This document shows positions 41,325 to 53,723 of a DNA stretch of 64,000 nucleotides, one piece after another. Position numbers and translations under genes: made by a program. Every line of letters starts with the position of its first letter. Position 1 is the first letter of the stretch. This DNA is from Syncephalis fuscata S228 (taxonomy: Eukaryota; Fungi; Zoopagomycota): assembly GCA_025786725.1 (NCBI GenBank), contig JAHLTZ010000001.1, positions 434,001 to 498,000 on the forward strand, in the 5' to 3' direction. The notes under the pieces were generated by a model. It was not told the origin of the DNA. It saw only the letters and a program-made list of their open reading frames with translations, and did no database searches.

Positions 41325-44161
41325 ATGAAGCTTTCCATTGCCGTCGTTTGCACCATTGTCGTGGCTCTTGTGGCCAGTACAGCCATGGTGGATGCTAATC
41401 CAGTCTTAGTCCGTCGTGGTATGTTGCAATATTACTAAATATAACAGCATTTGTTTATTAACAGTATTTCTAACTAATAATTATAATAGCTGGCAAGTAA
41501 TATCATATATTAATTATTTACACGCTAATTGTATACTATTTATTGTGTTTATAAATAACTTAATATCAATAGATTGTAAGTTGTATTGTATATGAATTGT
41601 TTACTTACTAATTATATATTACATGTTATGCATATCAATAACTTAATACTAATAGCATATGTAGCATTGTATATTCTGACTTCTAAATTAATGATATTTC
41701 ATGCACTATGTGCTTGACAATTAATATAATAGAAGTAAGGTATTATATATCAACCAATTACTTATTAATTATATGCCATGCATCGTGTATATCAACAATT
41801 TAATATCAATAGCATGTAAGTTATATTGTATATTAATTGAGCATTGGCTAATTGTATATTATTTGTTGTGCATACCAATAACTTAATAATAATAATAGGT
41901 CGTAAGTAACATTGTATATCAACTGACTTATAAACTAATTATATGCCATGCACTATGTGTATCAATAATTTGATGGAATAGTGAGCGAGTAACATTGCAT
42001 ATTAATTGACTATACACTAATTATATATTATGTATTGTGTGTGTTAACAATACAATAGGTCGTAAGTTGTATTATATATCAATTAATTACTTGCTAACTA
42101 TATCCATGTACTGTGTGTATCAACAAATATTAATAGATTGTAGGTAGCATCATATATTAAGTAACTATTGACTAATTGCATATCGTGTATTGTGTGTATC
42201 AATGATTTAATATTGATAGGCAGTAAGTTATATTATATGTCAACTGACCGTACATTAACTATGTTATTTACTGGTTACATCAATTGTTTAATATTAATAG
42301 CTCGTAAGTGATATTGTATATTAACTGATTATACATTAATCATGCTATTTATCGATTGTACCAATTATTTAATACTAATAGGCGGTAAGTGACATTGTAT
42401 ATTAACTGATTATACATTAACTATACTATTTACTGATAATGCCAATTGTTTAACATTAATAGGCGGTAAGTAACATTGTATATTAATTAACTATACATTA
42501 AATATGCTACTTACTGATTGTACCAATTATTTAATACTAATAGGCGGTAAGTAACATTGTATATTAACTGATTATACATTAACTGCTACTTACTAATTGT
42601 ATTAATTATTTAATATTAATAGACAGTAAGTGATATTGTATATTAACTGATTATACATTAACACTATTTACTAATTGTGATAATTGTTTAATATTAATAG
42701 CTAGTAAGTTATATTGTACATTAATTAACTATACATTAACTATGCTATTTACTAATTGTATCAATTGTTTAATATTAATAGAATGTAAGTTGTATTGTAA
42801 CTTAACTTATTATACATTAACTATAATTTTGGTTATACCAATTATTTAATATTAATAGTTTGTAAGTTGTGTTGTATGTTAATTGGTTATTTGCTAATTG
42901 TATATGATGTACTATGTGCGCCAACAACTTAATATAATAGGCAGTAAGTAGTATTGTATATTAATTGACTATTAACTAATTATATACCATGCACCGTGTA
43001 TATTAATAACTTAATATTAATAGGTCGTAAGTGATATTGTATATTAACTAATTATATATTGACTATGATATTTACTGATTGTGCCAATTATTTAATATTA
43101 ATAGACAGTAAGTTGTATTGTATATTAATTGACTATACATTAACTATGCTATTTACTGATTGTACCAATTATTTAATATTAATAGATTGTAAGTTGTGTT
43201 GTATGTTAATTGGTTATACATTAACTATGATTCTGGTTATATCAACTATTTAATATTAATAGATTGTAAGTGACATTGTATATTAACTGATTATACATTA
43301 ACTGCTATTTATCGATTGTACTAATTATTTAATATTATTAGTCCGTAAGTAATATTATATATTAATTGACTACATTAACACTATTTACTAATTGTACTAA
43401 TTGTTTAATATTAATAGCTGGTAAGTAATATTATATATTAATTGACTACATTAACACTATTTACTAATTGTACCAATTGTTTAATATTAATAGCTCGTAA
43501 GTAATATTGTATATTATTTTTTTTATTTTTATTTTGAAGAGCTTGTGAGCCCCCGCTGCGCATAATTAAAGAATTTGCGCTGCTTCCCACTATATTTGGA
43601 CTTTTCCAAACTTTTAACGGGTGGACTGCCACGTTTTTGCGCAAAATCTGGTCCATATAGATTTTACACGGGGGCCATCTTCCTTTAAATGGTGCTACAC
43701 AGCACTATTCTCTTGAAGTTGGTCCCAATTGGGTTTTCCTCGGCTATTCTGGCCAAGGTCTTGTTTCCGGACCTACTTATTGGGTTCTGGTTTGCAATTT
43801 GTTAACTAGAGAAAACTGGAGGGGGGGATTTTCCACTTAAGGATTGATTCAAACTGAGGTTTGAACCCGGAGCCTTCAGCTCGGGAGACGCTGCCTTACC
43901 AACTGGGCTAGCAACGTCCCCCGAGTAATATTGTATATTAGTTAACTATACATTAACTATGCTATTTACTAATTGTATCAACTATTCAATATTAATAGAA
44001 TGTATGTAAATTTTTGTATTAGTTAATTACTCACTAATTGCATATTATGCACCATGTATATCAATAACTTAATATTAATAGGCTGTAAGTAGCATTATAT
44101 ATCGACTGGCTATGCATTAATTATATGGCATATAATATTTTTATTTATAAATACAGAATAA
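41325..44161 (+). CDS. Secreted cysteine-rich prepropeptide encoded by a leader exon plus 28 micro-exons: MKLSIAVVCTIVVALVASTAMVDANPVLVRR|ADSTCLSHCTRGGDTKFCSHNYFPAQC*
   Basis: Exon 1 is 41325-41418 (31 codons + G, GTATGT donor). Micro-exons between TAG acceptors and GT/GC donors start at 41490 CTG, 41573 ATT, 41656 C, 41733 AA, 41813 CAT, 41899 GTC, 41982 TGA, 42059 GTC, 42137 ATT, 42220 GCA, 42301 CTC, 42382 GCG, 42463 GCG, 42544 GCG, 42623 ACA, 42701 CTA, 42782 AAT, 42859 TTT, 42941 GCA, 43024 GTC, 43105 ACA, 43186 ATT, 43263 ATT, 43342 TCC, 43418 CTG, 43494 CTC, 43999 AAT, 44082 GCT. Last exon starts at 44157 (AATAA). The concatenation is open in phase 1 and ends TGC TAA TAA. Confidence 0.8.
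41419..44156 (+). repeat. Tandem array of 29 homologous introns (71-83 nt; one expanded by a SINE)
   Basis: Unit consensus GTAAGT.a.attgtatattaa....ttaatattaaTAG followed by a variable triplet; period ~76-86 nt. Confidence 0.92.
43517..43923 (-). mobile_element. tRNA-derived SINE (~407 bp) with A-rich tail and 17-bp TSD
   Basis: Minus strand: A-box TAGCCCAGTTGG (43899-43910), B-box GGTTCAAAC (43859-43867), 3' AAAAT/A-rich tail (43517-43535). Flanked by AGTAATATTGTATATTA at 43500-43516 and 43924-43940. Confidence 0.88.
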
Positions 44162-45871
44162 TCGATGGCTTCAAGACATCAGCATTGATAGTGCAATCAA
44201 ACCACTATTCCAATACACTTTAGGTATATATTCGGTGAAAAGCAAGACCATTTGACAACTACGCCGCCCAGTCTATTTATACATCAAGTTTTGGCCAATG
44301 CTTGGTTTATCCAGTCTTTAATCAATGGAATCATCATTTTATTAACAAGACTGCATTTAGTTGTTTCTATTCAACTGTGCAAGCTTATAGTAATAAATTG
44401 TGATTTCATCTTAACTATATACAATCAAATTGCTATATCTATAACCATGTTCTATTTGTATCCAATAATGACAACCATTAATCAAATGGTTAAATTAATA
44501 ACAAAATGTGTATAATTATATCGCCTAAGCTATAGGCATAATTGGTATGGATAGTAGCAAAGCTATCATTATCATATGGCCAAATAATATTATACTGAAG
44601 TTAGAATAAATACGCTTATTTAATAAAATATGGCAATAAAGCATAGAATATTATAAAACAAAATAAATAAACAAAACAAATACGTGAGTAGCGATAATGA
44701 GACTATACTGTATGCAAGCGACCAAGACTAATGAGTGAAATTAATCAAAATCTACTAAAAAAATGTAGTTAGCAATTAGTTTTTAGCCTTAATATAGTTT
44801 CTACAATTTACAATATTAATATAGATGGACATATAGCATATGTATACATTATAGATATGTACAGTACAATAATAATAAATAAATAGTTTAATAACCAATG
44901 ACACTCATCACTCAGTTTTATTTTCAATAAAGCGGATATTCCGTTTAAATGTGTGGCTATTATAGCTATTTAACCGCCAAATCACATTATACAAGCAACA
45001 ATATGCTTAATATTGTCGAAAAGTTGTCTTTATTTAGTTAATAAAATATCATAAGATTTAATACAAATCAAATGGTTTAAATAATTTGTTGCAGCACTCT
45101 TTTAAGCTTCTTTCACCATGTTCCATGACTTTTCTAAATTAGAACATTGGAGCGACTACTACAACATTTAAAATAGATGTTACGAGTGGATTGTTTTAGT
45201 TTATCAATGACAATTGTCGTGTTGACGATTTTATTTTGCATATATTCACGCTTGCTTGATACACCAACTAATTAGTTTGAGTTGATCAGATCAATAATAC
45301 TTTTATGTAATTCGGAATATTTAATTGCTAAATTTAATATCTGAAACGCTCTAAATAAGCCAGCCTAATTTTATTTGTTGATTAAAGCTTAAATTAAAAA
45401 AAATCTATTAATCAAATAATTTTTGCCTGCATTACAATTTATTTATTTTGATAGCTGCTTCATTAGTGATTTGTATTTATTCAATAAAAACGTTTATTTC
45501 AAATTAACTACTGTTTCAACACAATTAGTGCTAATCCTTACATAGCATATTTTTGTATTGTATTTTTTAAGTAGCATTTGCCACAAGTATATTGTCGAAA
45601 GTCTTTTAACAAATAAATGCGATTGGCATTGCTGTTGATGTTGCTACAATGAACCAAATTACGTAAATAAGCAAAACTTTAAACTAGAGCTTGTTGCATT
45701 TATTGTAATTAACTTTTTTCTTATCAGGCATTTTAGCTTTTTTAAAATTTCCGATTTTACTTTGACTCTCATAATTTGGATCCTCAATGTAAAATTGGTT
45801 TTAATTGAAAACACACTGTTATGTACAAGAGCATAGTTATAATGTTTTATTTAACTACTTTGCAATTCACA

Positions 45872-46465
45872 AGGCCATCATTGTTATTGATCATTTGTAG
45901 AAAGATTGATCGAATATTAATAAAAGCCATATGATTACAATTCCATGTCGTTCCGCTGTTGTTATTGCTGTTACTACAACAATGTGGTTTCTTGCGTCTG
46001 AATGGTCTCTTCTATTTTCCAATCTTCTACTGTTGCATTTTGGGCCTATTTGCAATGTAAGATACTCGTCTATGGTACAAAAAGGTAGGACGACTAGCAT
46101 TTCCGATGTTCGCCATTGTCTTGAGCATTCTTGGTATCAGCTTAATAGGCGTAGTTTATTTGCCGACCATTGATAAAGCAAATTGGCCTCCACCATATGC
46201 AATAATGATAGGTAAGTGTTTTTACCAGGAAGAGCTTGTGTGACAGCTATAGCAGAATATATGGCATGCCGTTGAGGTTGCTTGAATAGGTGTTGATGTA
46301 AATAAGAAAATAAAGACTAGGGATTGATAATGTTATTTATTGATGTTCAATACACATGTTATTTATATTGTTATATTGCATTATTATATAATATATTACT
46401 AAATAGAACAATAATATAGCGATACAAAATAAAAGTGAAATGAGTAAATAAAAATGTGGGTCAAA
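45872..46465. repeat. ~600-bp dispersed direct repeat, copy B (downstream of micro-exon gene)
   Basis: Highly similar to 38617-39220. Confidence 0.9.
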
Positions 46466-46578
46466 GTACAGTAGCTCATTATAGATAATTAAGTAACTAG
46501 CTGTTATTAATGATAATGATTCAATTTTTATTATTAATGAGATATATTTTGTTATTATAATGATAATGGTTATAATGA

Positions 46579-49221
46579 TTATTGTTCAGTATCAACAATA
46601 GTTGAAGTTGCTATTTTATCCGGTGTTGCTGTGGTTGTATTATGTTCTTTATCGCTATTCTCTTTATTCGTCTTCTCTTCTTTCTTATTCTTGCTAGTAT
46701 CACTATCATTTTCTCCTTCAATATCAGTGTCAACACCCTCTCCATCAGATGGCAGCTCATCCTCGTCACTTAATTCTTCAAAACGACCAGAAGCCACCGC
46801 TTCAGCCAGTGGATTAACCGCTTTTATTACCCCTGTACGATTTAATCGGTCAAAAAGTACGAATAATCGCTCAGCTTCACGCTCCTTCTCCGCTTGTGTC
46901 ATCTCTCCCGATGCAGTGCCCGTTTTGGAAGAACTGGCACGTGCTTGCGAATCAAGTCGTTGTCCAGTAATTGGATTAACTGGTTGACCTGTTGCTGTAT
47001 CGACCATTGAAGATTGAGCTGGTGGTTTGAATTGGATACCTCTCATGACAAAGAATCCGGCCACATTACCGAATCCAACTCGTTCAACGAGGGCATCCGC
47101 TATAGTATTGGTAAACAGACATATTGTTATTAACACTGTATTGATTATATAGTTAAATACTTACGATTCTCATCATGTAATATATACAAGAATTCGCTAA
47201 CCATATTACGTGATCGGGTTAAGAATGGTGCAGTCATTGCACGAATAATGCGTGCTGCTAAAGATGTACCTTGATGAATAGGATTGGTCCGATCACTAAT
47301 CAACAATATGATTAATATATTGGTATTTGCGTTATTAATATTATCAGTTACTTACATATTATCTGGCGTAAATGCTTCCTTCAATCGTAATTTAGACTCT
47401 ACATCACCACGAGCTAATGATACCAAAAGTGTAATTAATGGTAATAGCTCTTCGTCTATTTGACGTTCATTAGTGCCTCCATCCAAATTGCGTTCAGAAA
47501 CAGTTAGATTAGCAATATAGATCAATTGATCAACCATAGCATATGGATGCGTAGCAGTAGGCGGAAACCAGATAGACTTCAATGGTTCAACCACTGGAAA
47601 GTGGAGTAAAGCATGTACAGCGTGTGAGTAGGGTGGTACTAATGGATTGCCTGTAGTTAATGGTCGCCAATTAAGTAACATGTTAAGTATAAATGGCAAT
47701 AATCTGTTAAATAGTAAGTGTAAATAATAGAAAATTAGATTACAAAATACAGCTATTTAAATATTTACCGTTCAAACTTCAATGCCACTTTACGCTGCAC
47801 ATATTCGAGTGCCAAACGCTTACGCTCCTCTTCACTTATATCTTCAGATAAATTGGGCGAATCTCGTCGTGAAGAAGAGACACGGCTATCACTACTAGCA
47901 ACACTATTCGATCTTTTTCTAATGGGTGATCGACGGAAGCGTTGCTGTAGTTTTGCTATAGCATTTCGTGAATTTTGAATAGATTTACTTAAAGGTGAGC
48001 TGGGTGAAGTATTTGATGATATACTGTATGTATCTTCTGGCTGACTTGCTGCACCACCTTCCTGCGAACTTGATGCACTATGGCTGCGATCTGATAATGC
48101 AGGTGAAATAAGTCCAGATGTTATATGCGGTGTTTCTTCAGTTTTTGGTAAATGCATACACAAGTTGTAAAGTAGCTTTAAACACTCGCTAGTCGTCATC
48201 ATACTCATGGCATTCGTGTAATCGGGCTGTAAAAACTATAAATATATGTATAAGTATTTGTTGCTGTTATTATACACTCTACTTACTTGAACCATTACTG
48301 TGGCAATCGAAAGCTGATCAGCAAGATGTCGACAGTGCTCAGGATCTGCCACAGTAATAAGAAATAATAGACGTAGCAATATAAAGTGGCACTCTGGATT
48401 TAAATTTTTTTTCTATATACAAATAAATATTACTAATATCTATGTAGATGAATAACACTTACTAAAAGTAATTCACAGGCAGCGTCAGAGGCACGTGTCT
48501 TTACAAACAGCTCACGTGTTGGTTCCTCTAATAGCATGGCATTGGCCACACATTTAACGGCTTCTCTTTCCCATTCCGTGTCTCCAAATGTAGAGATGGA
48601 CTTGGCGGATCCGTGACTAGGTGACGCTGTAGATGGATTTGCTACTGGTTGTTGTTGTTGTTCACTAGGCAGTAAACCTCCGAGTTGTAATAATGTATTA
48701 AATCCCTAGTATATATATATACATATATATGTGTATAATGTTAATTAATTGTTATCATTTATATAAATGTGTATCAACCTACATTTGATTCAAATATAGG
48801 ACTGGCTACAATACGATCACGGCATTGTATTTTTAATAAGCGAAGAGCGGCCAGCCGCGCTAAATAAAGCATAAATAATGTATTAAAGACCATGGATTTG
48901 ATTAAATCGTATATCTGTGTACGCCACTTACCTTGAGGTGTCCAGGTCGACCATACAGCGGTATTCTGTATATCTGATAATAGACGTTTAACGAATTGTT
49001 GTCTTTCGGTAAGATTGGCATAGGATTTGTCTAGCGCAAGTCATTAGCCGTCATTGTTCTTGCTTCTTTATTACTCAAACAATTGGCTGTAGCAACTTAC
49101 TTGGCTGGTTGGCTTGAACAAGTGACGTTTGTTCAATTTCAGCAAATAATTCGGCCAAAGCCGCTGCATCTCCCAAAGCACCGCCTACTCGTCCGTCATC
49201 CGCAGCTAGATAGCGTTCCAT
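46579..49221 (-). CDS. RIC8: Ric8/synembryn G-alpha GEF/chaperone (multi-exon)
   Basis: EAVKCVANAMLL, VGFGNVAGF, VNPITGQ, EMTQAEKEREAERLFVLFDRLNRTG. Confidence 0.92.
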
Positions 49222-50053
49222 TAAGTAGAATGTAGAGAAATTGGACCAGTAACAAAAATAGGCAAGTGCATGCAATAAACTCAATTATTAATGCGAATCC
49301 AAAATACTTATGAATATAACGAAATAGGAAAAGAAAACGGGTTAACGCCAACAAGTAACGCAGTGGTAGTGTCTGTGTGTGTCTGTGTGTGTAGGAACAA
49401 GAGTGGTAAATAAGTAAAGAATAGGCGGTAAAATGTTGTGATCACCAGAAATGTGTTTTAAGCAGGTCCGTCATAATAAATACGATCACTCCTTTCTCAT
49501 CACACTAATCAGAACACTGCATCACTTTTAATGACCACACTGTCTAATAACTATGCTGCTGTTGTTAATATGTGTGTAATACACATCATTACATTGATAT
49601 GATTAATATTTCATCCATCTTTTCTACACAAAGAAATAAGGGAAATAAGACTATTGATCCATTAATATTAATATATTAATATATTAATAATATACTATTG
49701 GTATTAGTACTAGTATTATACTGTTACATTTACTATTGACTTCTTTGTGGCCATACAAGAGATCACCGCTGGCGACCCTCCATCCAATCCCTTTACTACG
49801 TCTATTACTTTGCAGAATAGCTACAAAGTTACACGCGTTTCAGATATTCAGTTACATTGCGTAAAAGACAGGTAGATTGCCGTTGTTATATTGCCGAGAC
49901 GACTATTCTGTTCATAAACGAGATCTTTCGAGGTTTAGTTGTTTCTATATTGTATAGCAATTGAAACAATTCAATAGGCGGTCGTTGTACAGTTTAGAAA
50001 TAGCCAAGTTTTTATTCATAGCTTGTTACAACTTTGTGAAATAAGCTTTTACT

Positions 50054-52383
50054 ATGGCTGATGAGCTATTTGATATTTATGACGACGCCTTTGGAGACGA
50101 CGTAGGTTATTTAATATGATATAATAATGTATAATAGTTTGTATTAACTATAGCATGGTCTATATTATTAATATTAATATTAATATTAATAGGATCATCC
50201 AACAGCGTTAACTACTATTACGGACGATGTTGTATTAAATGATCCACTGGGTATACTTGATCTAGATACAGCAGCTACTGATTTAGCTGCTGCAACAGCC
50301 ACAGTAGATGTAACTACGGCGGCAATAACGGCGGCGGCAGCGACAGCGGCAGCAACAGCAGCAGCCATCACTAAAACGGCCATCAATAGTACAAATAATG
50401 CAGAAGATGATATGTTTGATAATTTCGGTGAATTGGAAGCAATTAGCAAGGTAGTTTGTAGTAATAGAATTATATAGTAATAAGATATTAAGTGTATATA
50501 GGATATTGAACCAGAAGATAAGACAAAATCAAACACAGAAGAGAAAACTGCAGCCAATGATAATAGTAAAGGTATAGTTAATAAAATAAAATGTTAATAA
50601 ATATATTATTAAGTAATATAATATAATATAATATCAATAGGTAATTTAACAACAGGTCGTGATCGACAACGAATCAATCAATCACGTAAGTTTATTAGAT
50701 TGCGTTATTAATATTAATAACTAATTTAATACATTATTGTAATAGCATCAGTGCCTATTTCAGAAGCAAACATGCTTTTACTTTCATTGCCTGGTAGTAT
50801 AACACCATTCTCGAGTATAGGTCATAACAGTAATGGTAAATCAACACAAAATATAACTGCTACTAGTCTATATATTGGTGATTTAACCTGGGTAAGTAAC
50901 ATTTAAGTATATGTATGTATACTAATTAGTAACTATATATACATATATATATATAGTGGACCAGTGAAGATGATATAAGAAAAATTGCTGAGAAATCAAA
51001 CATTAAAGACGAAGATATTAAAGATGTTATATTCCAAGAACATCGTAATAATGGCAAATCTAAAGGGTAACTATTAAATTAGTATCAATAATAGAATAAT
51101 ACTTAACAAAAAAATAGAATTGTTTATATACAATTTAATACAACAGATGCAGCAGAGATTATGAAATCAACGCTGGAGACAAGGTACGTACCAACTATTA
51201 ATATAATAATTGATATTAATATATAATATAGTAAAATTGAAGGTGTCCAACCATGTGTGGTATTTACAGCTGCTATAGGTAATCCATTCCGTAATATGAC
51301 AAAAGGTAATAGAATAGACTAATAGGTAATTAATACTGATAGCCATTTATTATAATAGATACAGACTATCGAATGAAACGACATGGTGGTGGCGGTGGTG
51401 GTGCACGGCATAGTCCATTAAGTGGCACTAATGTGCCTGCCACAAGTATAGGACAACGTAATGTTGGTAATAATATGGTATTGCCTATGGCTGCGCCACT
51501 TCATCACCACCACCATCATTCTATACCGCCAAGCTTCCGTATAGGCAATACAGCTGGTACAGGAAGTACAGGCAGTGTAGGAGGTGCCAGTAATACTAGT
51601 AACAGTAATACTAGTAACAATAACGGTAACGGTAATAACAATAACGATACAATAGCTAATATGTATTTATAATTTAATTTAATTTAATTAACTTTTTTAT
51701 TACAGCTTATGTCAATCAAGCCAATTATTTTGCCCAATCTCAAATGATGATGGGTGCACAACAATTTGCTGCTGTGGCTGCGGCAGCTGCGGCGGCGAAT
51801 CATCAACAAGTACCTCCTCCGCCACAACCACATACTGCTTGGATGAGTGCAATGCAATCATCGGCTGCTGCTGCTGCTGCTGCTGCCGCTGCCGCCGCTC
51901 AAAATGCTCATCGTAGTAAGAATAGCAGCGGTGGCAATCATGGCAATGCACCTAGCACTAGCAATAACAATAATAACAATAATAACAATAACAATGGTAA
52001 TAAAAGCTCAAGTAAGCAATAGTATAACAGTATTGTATAACAATAGCAACTATTTACTATATAATTCAATAGATACAAAAAACAATCACCGATCTCATAA
52101 TAAAGAAGATACTAAACCATCCTCTTCATCTTCATCAGCTCATCACCAGAAATCACGACATCAACACCATTCAAGTAGTCATAGGCAAGTATAATAAGTA
52201 TTTATTAATAATATATAATATCTAATATATATATATATTAATAGGGATCAAGCATCTTATCGATCACGTCATCATCAACAACAACAACAACAACAACAAC
52301 AAACATCTTCACATCAAAGTGGCGGTACAAAAAGACGGGCTACTGATGATTCAGATAGTGGACATCATCGAAGAGGTAAATAA
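50054..52383 (+). CDS. RRM protein, CPSF6/CPSF7 (CFIm68/59)-like (multi-exon)
   Basis: MADELFDIYDD N-terminus; spliced RRM LYIGDLTWWTSEDDI..IKDVIFQEHRNNGKSKG; low-complexity C-terminus. 3' end uncertain. Confidence 0.75.
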
Positions 52384-52574
52384 ATCATTATAGTAATGAT
52401 AGAAATTGACTTGTATATTAGATCGTAAACGATAATCGATTAATTATAATGTTGATCATAATAACTATGACCATCTTAGTAATAAATAAATAAATAAATA
52501 ATACACTTTTTATTCGCGTATTTATACGTTTGACTCAGTTACTTTTATTGCAATTCACTACTACCACTACTACT

Positions 52575-53648
52575 ATGGATATTAGTTCACGTTATTCGGA
52601 ATTCTCTTCTATGAGCTTATTGCGCAATGATCCACGTCGTTCCTCGTCTATTCATATTGGCAATAGTAATAATACGGCTACATTGCCTCATATTACCTTG
52701 CCCACTGCAACACCATCAACAACTACTGTAACTCCCGAGATTGCTTGTGATGACTTGCGTGAACAGTTAAGCCGGTTTACCGCTCAACTAGATCAATATG
52801 TTGTCCATTGCAAGTCCAGTGCACAATCACAAGATAATGATTGGCGAAGTGAATTGAAAGAACAACGTGGCCGTATCCATCAATTGGAACAAGAAGTAGC
52901 AACTCAAATGGAGCGACACCAACAAATGACGCAAGGTAAATATTATAGTATATACACTATGTAGTTACTAATGCTATATGGATAGCCCTGGAAAAGGAAA
53001 AGAAAGAGACGCTTGTTATTAAAGTGGCCGTACAACAACTTGAACAGCGTCAATTAACGGAAGCTGAACATAACAACGAGTTAAATAGATCGATTGAAAC
53101 GGCCGAACGTATTTTGCAACAACGACAACAATGTACGTATAGCCATGTTAATCTACTTTATTCACTATTAACTGTATTTATAATTATAATTAGTAATTCG
53201 TGATCAAGAGAGAATTATGTCGATACAACGAGAAAAGAATCAATTGGAACAAGCATGTTATGAGAATATACTTGGTTTAAAGATACATAGTCCAGAAGGT
53301 AAGTAATTACTATGAAAAACGTTTATATTTAATAATATTAATATATAATTGTTATTATTAGTGGATGTTATTGAATTTATATTCAATTTAATTGATGAAC
53401 AAAAACCAAATCGTTTATTTAAATTTACACTTTGTGTAGCTCAAGAACAGTATGAGGGTAGGTTAATCTATTCTATACAAATATATATATATATATATTA
53501 ACACTTAATAGTATTGGCATGTGAGCCTCAAATTGATACACTTGACTCATTAGTTGGACAATTAAATGAATATCGACACTTTTACCAATTCTTAAAACAA
53601 ATGAGAATGGCATTTGTTCAACTTGCAAGACAATTAAATGGTCAATAA
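52575..53648 (+). CDS. SPC25: Kinetochore Ndc80-complex subunit Spc25 (multi-exon)
   Basis: Coiled coil followed by RWD-like LGLKI...IEFIFNLIDEQKPNRLFKFTL...YEVLACEPQI...LN...FYQFLKQMRMAF. Confidence 0.8.
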
Positions 53649-53723
53649 CATTTATAACATTCTATTACTATTTTTATAATAAACAAATTGTATTAAAATA
53701 ATGACATTGTTATCAGTATCTTA

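Noticed and set aside
43059-43656. ORF-track ORFs inside the array and SINE (64 and 72 aa)
   Set aside because: Chance read-through of intron repeats and the SINE body.
43845-43923. Functional tRNA gene
   Set aside because: A and B boxes are present but I see no convincing acceptor stem; it continues into ~330 bp of body, an A-rich tail and a TSD, so it is a SINE head.
41419-44156. CRISPR array or plain satellite interpretation of the ~80-bp repeat
   Set aside because: Eukaryotic context, no cas genes, the variable part is only 3 nt, and units begin GT/GC and end AG like neighbouring introns. The triplets join into a coherent ORF.
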